Shown in pieces: positions 26,246 to 38,143 of a stretch of DNA of 64,000 nucleotides (its first letter is position 1; each line of letters opens with the position of its first letter). The translations under genes were made by a program, and so were the position numbers. Source of the DNA: Entomortierella parvispora E1425 (taxonomy: Eukaryota; Fungi; Mortierellomycota); NCBI GenBank assembly GCA_020891255.1, contig BQFW01000004.1, forward strand, positions 2,542,001-2,606,000, in the 5' to 3' direction. Under the pieces are notes generated by a model. It ran no database searches. It saw only the letters and a list, made by a program, of their open reading frames with translations, and had not been told where the DNA came from.

Positions 26246-28243
26246 ATGCCTCCTCTACAGCAACCACCCGCCTTCGATGCTGCGGCCATCATCCCTTTCG
26301 GTGATCAACCCGCGACCTCGGACGCGGCCAAGCTGTTCGAGACTGATCTCTTTGCAAACACACATGGTGCATCCGTTGCCCATCACCCCTCTCCGGCCAC
26401 TGTCAACTCCAACCCTGCGCTCTTCTTTGACCTGCCCCCTCCCCCACCTTCTGAGGCCGATATCTCTGCTCTCTTTGGACTCACCCCCGCTGCAACGACC
26501 TATTCTCCTCCTTCTTCTTCAGCCCCTACTCCTGCCCGTACTCCTGCTCCTGAACAGGTCCAGGCCCTGCCTCAATTGCAGCATCAAGGGCCTACACAGG
26601 CACAGACACAGACATACGCACCAGCACGCACATCGACCTCCCAGTACTCTGCACCAGTGCCCATGCCTGCGGTCGCGGCGCCGGCTCACTACTCGTCGTT
26701 CAATGCATCTCAAGAAAAGAGTCCGATCGCGCCTTTCCCCTCTGCACCACATGCCTTCTCGGAGCCACAGCAGGAATACACGACACCTAGCTCATCATTA
26801 TCGGCCTATGCATCCGCTGCACCTGCGACCCTGGAGCCTGTCCAGACTGAATACCAACCCAAGAAGAAGGTGGCGACACACAGCAAATACCCATCCTATA
26901 CCTCTACGCCTGCTGTCTCCACTATGCCTTCCATGTCTGGTCCAGAATCCTATCCAGCACAACAGTCATTGCAGCAAAGCAATCACCTATACTCATCACA
27001 ATACCAGCAGCAGGAGCAACAACAACAACAACAACAACAACAAACATCGTCATACTCGTCTTACAGTCCAGCGCAGTACAACGTGAATGGATACAGTGTC
27101 TACAACACCGACTACTCGAGTCAGTTTGGTGAGCATCCTTCCACACAACAAAACAATCATGCGACTACAGATCCGATGATGCTCAACGGTGCATCCAAAT
27201 CCATCTTTTCCAGGTTCGGAGGGAGTGGGGCCGGCAGCCTCGGAGGTGCTGTCGGTTCTGGCGCGCCAAAGCTGGCCAAGGTCGCGGCTAGCTACGTGTC
27301 GAGCACCTTGGCCGTGACTTCAATCTTTGCGAGTGAAAAGTTGGGGACAGCATCGACCAAGATTGCGGACCTTTGGCAGCGGAATCAGACCCTGTTGCCT
27401 CAACAGAACCAACAGTTCCAGCAACAGCAGCAGCAACAGCAACAGCAACAACAACAACAACAACCCTACCATCAAAGTCAGTCAGGACTGTACGACAATG
27501 GTGTCACAACGACTATTAATAGTGAAAGCGGCTTTGGCGCCCCTTCGTACTACGGCGGCAATGGAGAAACCCTTTCTGACACGCGCGACCCGACTTCATA
27601 TGACGGAGGAGCAGTGCTCTCGAGTAGCAACAACAACAACAATAATCACTATTATCAATCCTCATCCCACGTCAACAACAACAACAGCAACGGTGGTACC
27701 GGCCATGCGATCCCCTTTGCCGCAACTGCTACCTCCACACTTTCGAACGCAGCTTCTGTAGCGGGCTCGTACTTGCCCAGTCTGTCCAAGCTCCCTGCAT
27801 TGCCTGCTTTGCCAGCTTTGCGTGCACTGCCCGCATTGCCTTCTCTGCCTTGGGGAAACAAGGACAAGAACCTTCAATTGCCTCAACAGCAATCGCACGA
27901 GACGTATTCTCAGCAACAGCAGTATTCCTCCAATGGCTTCTACGGCTCGTATGAACAGCCTCAGGAGTATTCACAGCCGCAGCAACAGCAACAGCACCAA
28001 ACATCATACCAAGAACAGCCATCGTATGGACAACAGCAACAACAACAACAACATCAGTACTCCTATGGCGATGCCGGCGGAGGTGGTGGCGGCCTGTTGT
28101 CTGGAGGCACAGGAGGCAATTGGTGGGGAGGCATCAAAGACGAAGTGCAGCGAGGACGAAGAATGGTGCAGACGGGAGTGCAGGTCGGCGTTGCGTGGTG
28201 GTGGGATTCTGATAGCAAGAATCCGCTCCGCAATGTTGTGTAG
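26246..28243 (+). CDS. Hypothetical low-complexity Q/S/Y/P-rich protein, about 665 aa, single exon
   Basis: Long uninterrupted ORF with the ATG in ACAATG context after a CT-rich leader, and coding-like poly-Q codons. No recognisable domain. Confidence 0.7.
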   Translation: MPPLQQPPAFDAAAIIPFGDQPATSDAAKLFETDLFANTHGASVAHHPSPATVNSNPALFFDLPPPPPSEADISALFGLTPAATTYSPPSSSAPTPARTPAPEQVQALPQLQHQGPTQAQTQTYAPARTSTSQYSAPVPMPAVAAPAHYSSFNASQEKSPIAPFPSAPHAFSEPQQEYTTPSSSLSAYASAAPATLEPVQTEYQPKKKVATHSKYPSYTSTPAVSTMPSMSGPESYPAQQSLQQSNHLYSSQYQQQEQQQQQQQQQTSSYSSYSPAQYNVNGYSVYNTDYSSQFGEHPSTQQNNHATTDPMMLNGASKSIFSRFGGSGAGSLGGAVGSGAPKLAKVAASYVSSTLAVTSIFASEKLGTASTKIADLWQRNQTLLPQQNQQFQQQQQQQQQQQQQQQPYHQSQSGLYDNGVTTTINSESGFGAPSYYGGNGETLSDTRDPTSYDGGAVLSSSNNNNNNHYYQSSSHVNNNNSNGGTGHAIPFAATATSTLSNAASVAGSYLPSLSKLPALPALPALRALPALPSLPWGNKDKNLQLPQQQSHETYSQQQQYSSNGFYGSYEQPQEYSQPQQQQQHQTSYQEQPSYGQQQQQQQHQYSYGDAGGGGGGLLSGGTGGNWWGGIKDEVQRGRRMVQTGVQVGVAWWWDSDSKNPLRNVV

Positions 28244-28746
28244 ACAAAGAACGAGCGATGATGACCACGATGAACTGATGAACGGAATGACCATTTTCTA
28301 ATATACAAAAGCACCTAATATTGTAATAATACTTTATGAACCAGAACATATTAGTTTACCGAGGGGGTGAGAGCGTGTTTGCTATCTCTTCATGTCGAGA
28401 GGTGTTGATGGTGGCAAGGGGGCGCAGGCGTGGCAAAGACAAGGACGCGCTGATGGTGGCAAATCCAGGCACCCACCTACCTGCCCGCGCCCATGCACAA
28501 ACACCCATGCAACACGCACGCCACACAGACAGACACACAGACACACAGACACACATCCACTCGGAGCACAGGCACCCATCTCCCCCATCCTTGCCCTATC
28601 CTGTCCCCTCCTCCACTCTCCTTTCGTCTCGGGGCGTGCGGCGTTTTTTTTTTTCTTTTTTTTTTTTTTTTCTTTTTTTTTTTTTTTCTCTTCTCTGTGT
28701 CAGTCAGTGTATGTATGATTTTCGTGTCCCGCTCCGCTCGCTCCTT

Positions 28747-28858
28747 GTTCGTTCATTCGATTCATTCGCTCATTCATTCGATTCATTCGCTCATTCATTC
28801 GATTCATTCGATTCATTCATTCATTCATTCGTTCGCTCGTTCGTTCTTTCATTCGTTC
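28747..28858 (+). repeat. Degenerate (ATTC/ATTCG)n tandem repeat about 100 nt upstream of the AIG1-type gene
   Basis: Repeating ttcattcgattcattcgctca-like units seen directly. Confidence 0.85.
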
Positions 28859-28961
28859 CTTCTCCCCCATCATTCTCTTTGAGCTCTCTCTTCCTTCCTC
28901 CTCTCCTCTCCTCTCCTCTCCTCGCCACTCCCTACATCATCACTACTCGCTCGGACCAGGA

Positions 28962-31291
28962 ATGATCAACGACGCTAACAACATCGTCCTCGCCGTGGTG
29001 CGTCTTTGATTCTTTCTCTCTTTCTCTCTTCTTGCCTTCCTTTCCCATGCCCACAGCCGCGCTTAGTCATTCCCTCGGCTCCTCGCGCGTCGACTCTTTC
29101 TCCTCCCCCCATGTCACATGGCTCTCTCTTTTCTCCCTGAACGCTCACATGTCTGGAATGCCTGGCTCCCCACCCCTGACTCACCTCATTGTGCTCTCCT
29201 TACTGGACCTTACTGGACCTATTTAGCTCGGTGCCGTTGGAAATGGAAAGTCATCCACCCTCAACTCCATCATCCAAGAGCCGCTCTTCCAGTCAGGACG
29301 CGCTGTCGGCGTAAGTTTTTATTTTATTTTTTATTTTTTTATGTCTTTTTTGAAATGAGATCAAGTCTGGAGAAGAGGGGGAAAAAAAGAAAAAGACACA
29401 GCCGCTGCGGCACAGCCCGGTATCGTGGTATTCCCATCCCTTCCTCCCAACGCCCCCTTCCTGCTCTCATCCTCTGGTTACCACGACCTCGCTCCGCGGC
29501 AAAAAAGAAAAACAAAGGAAACTGGAAACAGCCCCGATGTTATGTGTCCACCACATGGGAACTTTATGTACAACAGTCAGAATGACCCAGCAAGGACTGT
29601 TGCTGGAGCAGGGAAGATGGATATTCCAGTCCTACCCTGAGCAGGGCGATGAGGACCGAGAATATCTGGAAAGGTCAAAGCCAAAGGAGACGTGGGAGTC
29701 ATCGCTCGGAGAAGCCACGCATCATACACGCGAACATCGCGTTGGGTCAGGGATACTCCTTTCAATTTCTGCACGCATCCAAGCACCCACGATTCAATAC
29801 TCTGTCTGTATGGGCCATGTCCACTCGAACAACAGAAAACCTTTGGTGCTGTGAATGGCATCGCTCTCAGATCTTGAAAGACGTGTGCCTTCCCCAACTT
29901 GTCTTCCGTCATCGACCCCAATGTTTTCCCCTCTAGCTGTGTGGATTTGCGGACTTTGCTTCGCTTTTACCTTTTCATGCGCCTAAACAGAACTTTCTTC
30001 CATGCAAGAACAATCCATCTCATGCCTTTCCCCCCTCTCACCTCAAGGATCTGTGACGCGTATGAGAGGGGTTGTGCCGCGTGGACGCCTACTTTACCTC
30101 AAGAGGACGAACAGTAAAACTGACCGCATCCTCTTGCCCTTGTCTCTTCAATATTATTTTTTGTTCACTAGCCTGTTACGCAGCGAATTGGAAGCTGCGT
30201 CAGACACTGGAAGTTGCCCGAGGTCGGACGAACAGTCCACATTGTTGACACGTACGTTTGAGCTGGTAGTTATTATGCCACAGTCTTCCCGAAGCGTCGT
30301 CAGTTTCTCTTACAACTCTGGAGTAGAGGCTTCGGATCGGTTACACTGCATGATTTGTCCAACGCGTGCAATTCATGCCGTGTTCAGTATCAGGACAAAA
30401 TAGAGCGAAAAGGACCTACAGGAGTCGGGAACGCAGCACCAGACATGGACACCCATTGGATAGACCCGAGAAAACGCTTCAGCCTAGTCAACTGGGCCTT
30501 TTCTGCCCTCGCCACCCTCTCACAGCGGAAGACCTGACGCAATTACACATTTTGTCAACTTTTTGATTTTAGACCCGGCATGTGCGACTCGACATACAAG
30601 GACGTGGAGAACGTTCACTTGATGGTAGAGTTCTTCAAGACTCTCTCGCACGGTGTGAGTGCGTTCGTCCTCGTCTTCAACATCCATAATACCAGGCAAG
30701 TCCCTCTATTTTTTTTTTCATTCTTAGTTCTTGTTGAAGAAAGAGCTCTTTTTGTTTTTATCTACTTTTTTGGACATGACGCTCGGCCTCTAAATGTTAT
30801 TTTGTTTTTTCACACTACACAGATTGGATGAATACACGAAAAACATGTTGAGACTGTTTGAGCGTCTGTTGGGACCTCAGTTCTGGAAGCATGTTGTGAT
30901 CGTGTTCACGCATGTGGATGAGGATCAACGCGACTACTTGAACGATAACATTGACGCACTTACGGACCCTACTGAGGGTTTTGTGAAGGTGATCCATCAA
31001 TGGTTCCAGCTCTCGTATCAACCCCCCTTGGTGTTCTTGTCGAACAGGGATACTCGCTATAACCAATACGCACGCGACTGCTTCATGGAACTTTACGAGG
31101 CTGTGGTCTCGGTGGAGGAAGGAGCACGTCGTGAAAAGTTCACCTGCACGTGGTTCCAGGAGATCAACAACAGGGTTGGCGTGGTCCAAGATAACTTCAT
31201 TGTCTCGAGTATCCGATCTGCAGCAGCCTCAGTCCCGCAGATGGTTCAGGCTGGAACGAGGGCTGTGTCCAACGTCTGCAGTGTTATGTGA
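28962..31291 (+). CDS. AIG1/GIMAP-type P-loop GTPase, 263 aa, ending in the CaaX box CSVM; exons 28962-28997, 29227-29310, 30172-30251, 30573-30695, 30823-31291
   Basis: G1 GAVGNGKSS, G2 PVT, G3 IVDTPG and G4 VFTHVD after splicing. The exon lengths sum to 792 nt (264 codons). One intron uses a GC donor. Confidence 0.85.
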
Positions 31292-32560
31292 GTCGGTCTT
31301 GGCTGATACCAGGACAGACACACAAGAAGGATATTGAAGAGATGACCACAGCCCATACCCCCCGCCTCCATGCTCACAAACACACACACACACACACACA
31401 CACAAAAATATCACCAGCCAAGGTCTCTTTCTTGGCGGGCCATCAGAATCCATTGAGATCTACCAACACCCTCCAACAAACATCAGCAACGTCGGCACTG
31501 CACAGCTAACGGCCGTAATTTCATAGATAGTCCAGATCTCCCTTGAGCTCAAAAACAGAGCCAGCAATGATAAAAAAAAATCTTGCAAACAAATACAGTG
31601 TTTTGATCGAATGCGGTCTAGATGTAGGAGTGAGGACCAATTGGTGAACTCAGTGAGCTGTTGTGGCCCGCTGAAAAGCCCAAGAATTTGAGCACGATGA
31701 GAGTCCTCGTCATCCACTGAACAAAAAAAAGATACAGTAGCCAAAAGGCAGTGCCGATTCCGTGCTCATTTTTGCCATTTTTGCCGAGCAATCGGTCCGT
31801 CCTAACCCAAAACACCAAGGCACCAACGCTGATTGGCTGGCTGCGCTTGTATGACAGCGAGGACAAGGGAAGAATTGCAAGGGGGTGTGTCGTGTGGGGA
31901 CCGCACACGACCTCCTTTTCTGTCGTTTTTTCTAGTCCCACCATCTCCAAAAGGCCATCTTTGCATCACTTTTGAAAGATCAGCTAAAAGAACAGGGATG
32001 GTAATGCTTCCTACCTGCTTGCCATTACCAAGAACGACAGAAAGGAGGCAAGGCAATCGTCCCGAACAATGTATCAAAAATGGGAAACCAACTATCCTCT
32101 GTGTGAGAGTATTTGAAAGCCCGCGGTTGGTCGTGTGGCTCCGCAAATGAACGGAACCTGTTTGCCTGTATTCTATTTTTTTTTTTCTTTCTTTGCTGAA
32201 TGGGGGCTATGTTCTCCCTCAAAGCTATCTCTGGCTAACCCCTGCCGCCGCAATTGGCCTTTGTCTCTTTCTTGTTTGCCTGCCGGTATCATTATTGCAG
32301 GTGTCCTTGCCCTCTTCAATCTCTTTCTTCTTTATCTATTTTTTTCCCTTCTACTCCTGCCCCTTTCCGTTCTTCCCTCAACGTCCGACCTCCCAGTTTT
32401 TGCAACTCACACTTTCAGCAACGTCTTCTTCCCTTTCTCCCCATCCTCTCTCTTTATCCACTTCTTTCCGTCTGTTCTCTTTTGGACGACGGACTGTAGC
32501 TTTATCCCCTTCGGTCCTCTCCCTCTCTCTTTCATTGTCCTTCCTTCACCACAGACCATC

Positions 32561-35155
32561 ATGGTTCAACGGCCTACCACACCACCTTCCCCTGAGCCAA
32601 AGGCCTTAGACTCTTCTTACTCCAACAGTCTCTCTTCAACCACCTTGAGACGTGGCCATAACCGTCAAAGCTCAAAGGAAGAAAACAACCAGAACGACGA
32701 CGATGACAACAAGGACCCGGAGAATCAGGAGCACCAGAACCACACCGTTCTCTCCATGGACGAGCAGTCTTGGCATGGCCACCCCAAGGGAAAGGACAGC
32801 AACAAGATGGGACCCTCTTCAGGAACACACAAAACGGCGGTACCTGCCGCTCGGACAGTAGTCTCTATCCGAATCCTGGGGATTCTCATTTTGATCTCAC
32901 TCTTCTCGTGGTTTTACCTGGAAGCCCTGGCTGGAGGCGATATCGAATGGGTGAAGGACCATCTCTCGATGCTTGGAGTGAACCTCACCCTGTCAGTCGC
33001 CTGTCTTACTGCAGCTACCACCTTAATCACACTCACACCCATGTCCAGGACTTTTGCCGGATTGCTGTTCCTAGGCATGGGCACCATCCTCTTTGCTCTC
33101 AAGAAGTGGGACGACGGCGAGTCCTTTGAGACCCATGGAGCCTACAACATGCTGGTATTTATGGTCATTGCTATTCCCTTGAACGGATTGATCCAGTCGA
33201 TTCTCCTCTGTCAACGCAAGATGGATCCAAAGGCCTTCCACCGGTTCATGGCCATGACGATTATGGCGACTACGTTCTTGACGACGCTTCTGTTGATGTA
33301 CTACCGCTCCATTTGGGGCAACGGCAGTCATGGCGCCTTCCTGAGACACGGACAGTTTGCAGGCACAGAGTTGTGTGAATGGGATGGATTGAACTTGCCT
33401 TTGGTCGACTTGTTGCCCAATCACATCCAAAACTTTTGGGCTGGATCCTCCTCTTGCCCTGTGGTCCAAGGCATTGAGGCAGAGTGGAGTTATGATGGAA
33501 TCTTGACCATTCAGTGCTTGAATAAGGGCTCGGACGTTCAACCCACCTTTGACATCTTGCCAGAGACAAAGTCATGGTCACCCGGGGACAAGATCATGCA
33601 CACTTACAACAAGATGATTGTCGAGCGGATCGAGAAAAGAGAATACACAGAGCCAGTCGTGGTGAATGAGCTGGGAATTGAGGCGGTCGTGGCTCATTGT
33701 GAGGAAGGAGTGTCCAAGGTCTTGCTTCGAGTGGTTCGTCAAACGGAGGTCTTGGACCGTGTCCATAAGATTGAGATGGAGAAGACGGAGCAGAAGCTGT
33801 CGGACTTGACTATGGAGGATGAAGAACAGGCCATGGTCGACTCTTTGCATCAGGACACGGAAAAAAATACCTCTGGCAAGGACCTGGATCGCAAGCCCAA
33901 TGTCCTGGTCATGTTCATGGATGCCGTTGCCCGTCGTCAGTTCTATCGCAAGTTGGCCAAGACATCGTCCATGATTGCGGATTTGACCTCGGGACCGGAT
34001 GATACCACAGCCGGTCGGCCAGAACTGCACGAGTTTTTCAGATACCACGCCATCGGTTTCAACACCAATGACAACTCTCGTGTCGTCTATACCGGCCACC
34101 CAGAGGAGCGCAAGCCAGCCGCCTTGCCCATTTGGAAGGATTTCCACGACGCTGGATATATCACCTCTCGTGTGGAGGACAACTGTGAGGATTGGTCGAC
34201 CCAGTATACTGGCATTGCGACCTCCCAATACTTTGACCATGAGTTGCAATCGCCTTTCTGCTTGCCACCTTACTATGCCTTGACTGGAAACCCATTCGGA
34301 AACTTTGACGGACCTTACTCGATTGTGAGGAGATGTTTGCATGGCGATAAAGTCCATAACTATGCATTCGACTACATGAACAAGTTCAGAAAGGCATACC
34401 CGGACAAACCTTGGTTCCAGATGGGCTCCTTTATCGAGGGCCATGAAGGAACCGGCGAGGTCTTGCTTACCATCGATGATGATTTATCCAAGTTTATGAA
34501 AGGTAAGGAAAAAAAAAAAAAAAGCAGGTCGGAGAACAAAGAAGACTCCCATCCAATGATGCCTGGTCTTCCATGGAGACCCGTATTTTTTGGAGCTGTT
34601 TCAATTGACCTTTTTTATGTTTTCAATGTCCTATTTGAACATAGGCATGGAAGAGGATGGAACGCTGGACAACACCATTATCTTTATCATGGCTGACCAT
34701 GGACTCCACATGGGTATCAACTTTATGTTTACTCAGAGTGGTCGTATCGAGCACATGTAAGACACCTTTCTTTTTATTTTTCTGGAGGCAAAAAGAAAAA
34801 AAACCTGCAAACGGAATTTTTTGCCAGAATACGACCTGATCAATTGCTCTTTTTCGCTTTCTTTTTTTTTAGGAACCCTTACCTGTCCGTCATCTTGCCA
34901 CCACTTTTGGCCAAGAAATACCCAGGTCTGTCGCGTGGACTGAGACACAATCAACAATCACTGGTGACAGGATACGAGATCCATGCGACTTTGAAGTTGT
35001 TGGCGTCAGGTCAGGATCTCTTTTCTGCAGAGGATACCCTGGAGGAAGGAGGCAATTGGAGAAGAGGTACCTTGTTTGATGAGGAATTGGAAATGTCCAG
35101 AACTTGTGAACAGGCCCGTATCCCAGAAGAGTACTGCAAGTGCCGCGCTGCTTAA
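32561..35155 (+). CDS. Multi-pass membrane protein with a DUF229 / alkaline-phosphatase-superfamily domain, 778 aa; exons 32561-34502, 34645-34756, 34873-35155
   Basis: Several N-terminal hydrophobic helices, then KPNVLVMFMDAVARRQF, GFNTNDN, GHEGT, NTIIFIMADHG and a C-terminal CEQARIPEEYCKC. Confidence 0.8.
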
Positions 35156-36179
35156 TAACAAAGACAAAAAACAACCAACAAAGAGTTGTTTGATACCCCC
35201 CACCCCCTCTCAACATCCTATCTGATAGACGGAGAACTGTTCTCTACCAAAAATCTCGACTCCATGTATTTGAAATATAACCTTGACTTCGAAAATCTAT
35301 ATATCATCGTGAGATGAAGCGTATGGCAGTTTCTGTACTTGGTGTTGGGAGAGGAGAGGAAGCAATTGTCCTGGAAGAAATAACAGGACAAGAATGTGGA
35401 TTGTTTTATTTAAGTGGCTGGATATCAAGGTTACGAGAGACCTTGTCTGCTGGATCTAACTCTTGCCAATAGCCATGCACAATATCTCGCGCTCATGAGA
35501 GTAAGAGGAATGTCGAGAAGAGGCTGCAGGAGCACCGACGGCAGTCATGAGGATTTTTTTTTGGCGACGCGTCTTTCAGGTGGGGTGGGTGCCTGAACCA
35601 GCTTGCCATTTCATCACTCTTTTCCAACTTTACATAGATCGAATGCATGAAAAGAAACCTCCACATGTAGTAAAGCTTCATCCACAGTCCAATCATCGAG
35701 ATACTTAAAAAAAAAAGTCAACGAGAAAATTGACAAAGAAAGGAGACCCCCATCATGAATTCGTCGAGAACCTCTGCTAGTGTTGATTCCAAAGGAAATG
35801 TCGACAAGGATGAACGGGACGATGACACCACTATGATGCCAGTCGGTAATGAGGCCAAGGAGTTATAGCCTGCAACTGCCGCTGAAGACCAGACTTCGAC
35901 GTTTCCTCGTAAAAGACCACTCGTGAAATAATTGGTGGCGCGGGTTCATCATGTGATGTGATCTGACCTTTCCTTGCCCATGCCATATTCCAATGTCCTT
36001 GGCGGACTCTGGCGCCACTTTGGACAGAGTTCTTTTTGGATTGTGGGAACCGGGATTATAAAAGTGTACAGTTGTTCACAACACACATCGGAACCGTGTT
36101 ACCCTCCTTCCTTTCCTACACATCTTTCATGCATTCTTGAAAGTAAAGCTTTTTTTTTTCTGGTTTCCCGACTTGAAAG

Positions 36180-37526
36180 CTCTTTTTATTCAACTCAGTA
36201 TTGCGACCATGGGTATCCCTGTTGAAGATTTCATTGGAGATCAACTAGGTAACTTGAAAGCGTTTTACAGATCATGTTGGAGGGGAAGTTTTGTTCCACT
36301 GAGTTCTGTCGATCGCCAACAGCTAAAAGCAAATCAGGAACATTACATAAAATGTAGATCCGCCACCGACACGGACCCGGACCCTGTGCACAGCAATTGA
36401 TTGCCCATGTCTGGACTGCCCGCGTCGTCGAGCTCAACTGTTCTCCAATCCACAACATTCACGTTCCGTGCGCCCAACGCCACCTCCGTTTCGAGAGGCT
36501 CTGATCATGATGGATGCGGCGATCGAGGCCAGGAGGCGAACGACTCTCCGCAACAACCTGGCAGAAATCGCCGTTGTCGCCTCAGCGACTCTTCAACACC
36601 ACCCAACTTCTTCCAGCTCTGATGAGATCAACGACGATGGTAACCGTCGTGCAGACGTAGTCACCACATCCAGTATGACGACGGCACCAGGATCCACGAC
36701 GTCATCCACGTCCAATTCTTCCACACAAGCTGGTTCCTCAGCTCCTCCACAACAACAGCAGACGGACAGTGACATGGAATCGCCACCCTACTTGTTCCGA
36801 CATGCACCCCATCAGCCACAAAACGTGCCGCTGCCCCCTCATGCATCAGAGACGTCAGCGGCACCAGGTACCTCTCTGTCAATAGCGTCGTCAACAACAT
36901 CCGCACCGTCGTCGGCTTCTCTGTCATCCACATCTTCGGTTGCAGTGTCTCCGAACTCGACTCCGATCCCAGCCACGCTACAGAGCTCTCAATGGCCCTC
37001 CAGCAGCGGCCGGAGCAGCCCTTATGGGAATATTTTATGGAATCGGCGGAATAGTACGGGCAGCAATCTCAGCCGCAACAGAGACAACGGAGACGCAGGA
37101 GATCTCGTTGTTCGGCCTGGACACTTCTCTTCGACGCTTGAGGAAGCAGAGGAGACACTCCCGAGATTGAGGCCTCGACCTCCCTCCACCACGCCCGCCT
37201 CCTTGACTGGATCTGCAGCCTCCTCATTACCTTCACCCACAGAATCAGTAGCAGCAGACTTCGTCTCGACCACCACTGCGCATCTGAACGCGAGTGACCA
37301 GCAGGTCAACAACGACAGCAGCATCGACGACGGCGTAGTAGAAGGCGCAGACAGTAGTAACAATGCATCGGCAGTCCAAGAATGGGCGGTGCGGATGGAG
37401 GTGGAAGGAACAGACTATTATCATGACAGCGATGATGACTCGGCTCTTGGTCATCATCACGCGCGTCGCCAACGGGTAGAGCAAGAGCTGCAACGCCAGC
37501 GCCAACAACAACATGACTACCTATAG
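36180..37526 (+). CDS. Hypothetical S/T-rich protein; probable exons 36180-36248 and 36358-37526; 5' end unresolved
   Basis: The long low-complexity ORF extends upstream through CTAIDCPCLDC to an acceptor at 36357, with a phase-compatible GTAACT donor at 36249. No clean start codon was found. Confidence 0.5.
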
Positions 37527-38107
37527 GTCAGGGCTGAAGAAAGGACGCCGCCTCTCCACCCCTCCCATTCTTCCTACTTTCTCTCCTCTTTTCAATGTTC
37601 CGCTCCACATTCACAATATTCAACCATTGAGAAAGAAAGAAAAAAAGGACACAGGGACAACATCACGTAACCCAAGGAACTTAAAGTGGGAAAAGAGATG
37701 TGCCGGGTTGACACGCTCGTCCTACCGGGGAGTTCCTGATTCATGCATCGCTTGCGCAAGTCGCGACTTGAGCTGCAACTGGACATTATTTTGTCGACTT
37801 TATGATGTATTATATTGAAACCGTACAGTAGTCTACAGTAACAATAAAAAAACAAGGTGGTTCTGCGCTTTTGCGTTTGCTGCACACACATGAGGGCTGC
37901 CAACGAAGGTTGCATATACGCCCACCCAAAAAAGTGATCAAATAAAACAACCTTTTTGACCCCACGATGGAAACATCCCTCCTTCTGCCCGCGGACAATT
38001 CGGGGACGGATGCAAAAGGAAAACATAAGCGTGCGCAGGAAAGCAAGAAGGAGAGCGTTTCTTGGACTGTGAGGGACATCAAAAATGGGGAGCTTTTTCG
38101 GTTATCA

Positions 38108-38143
<36 letters not shown>

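Noticed and set aside
28747-28858. Repeat array that could be mistaken for CRISPR
   Set aside because: These are contiguous degenerate tetra- and pentanucleotide units with no unique spacers, in a eukaryotic context with no cas genes.
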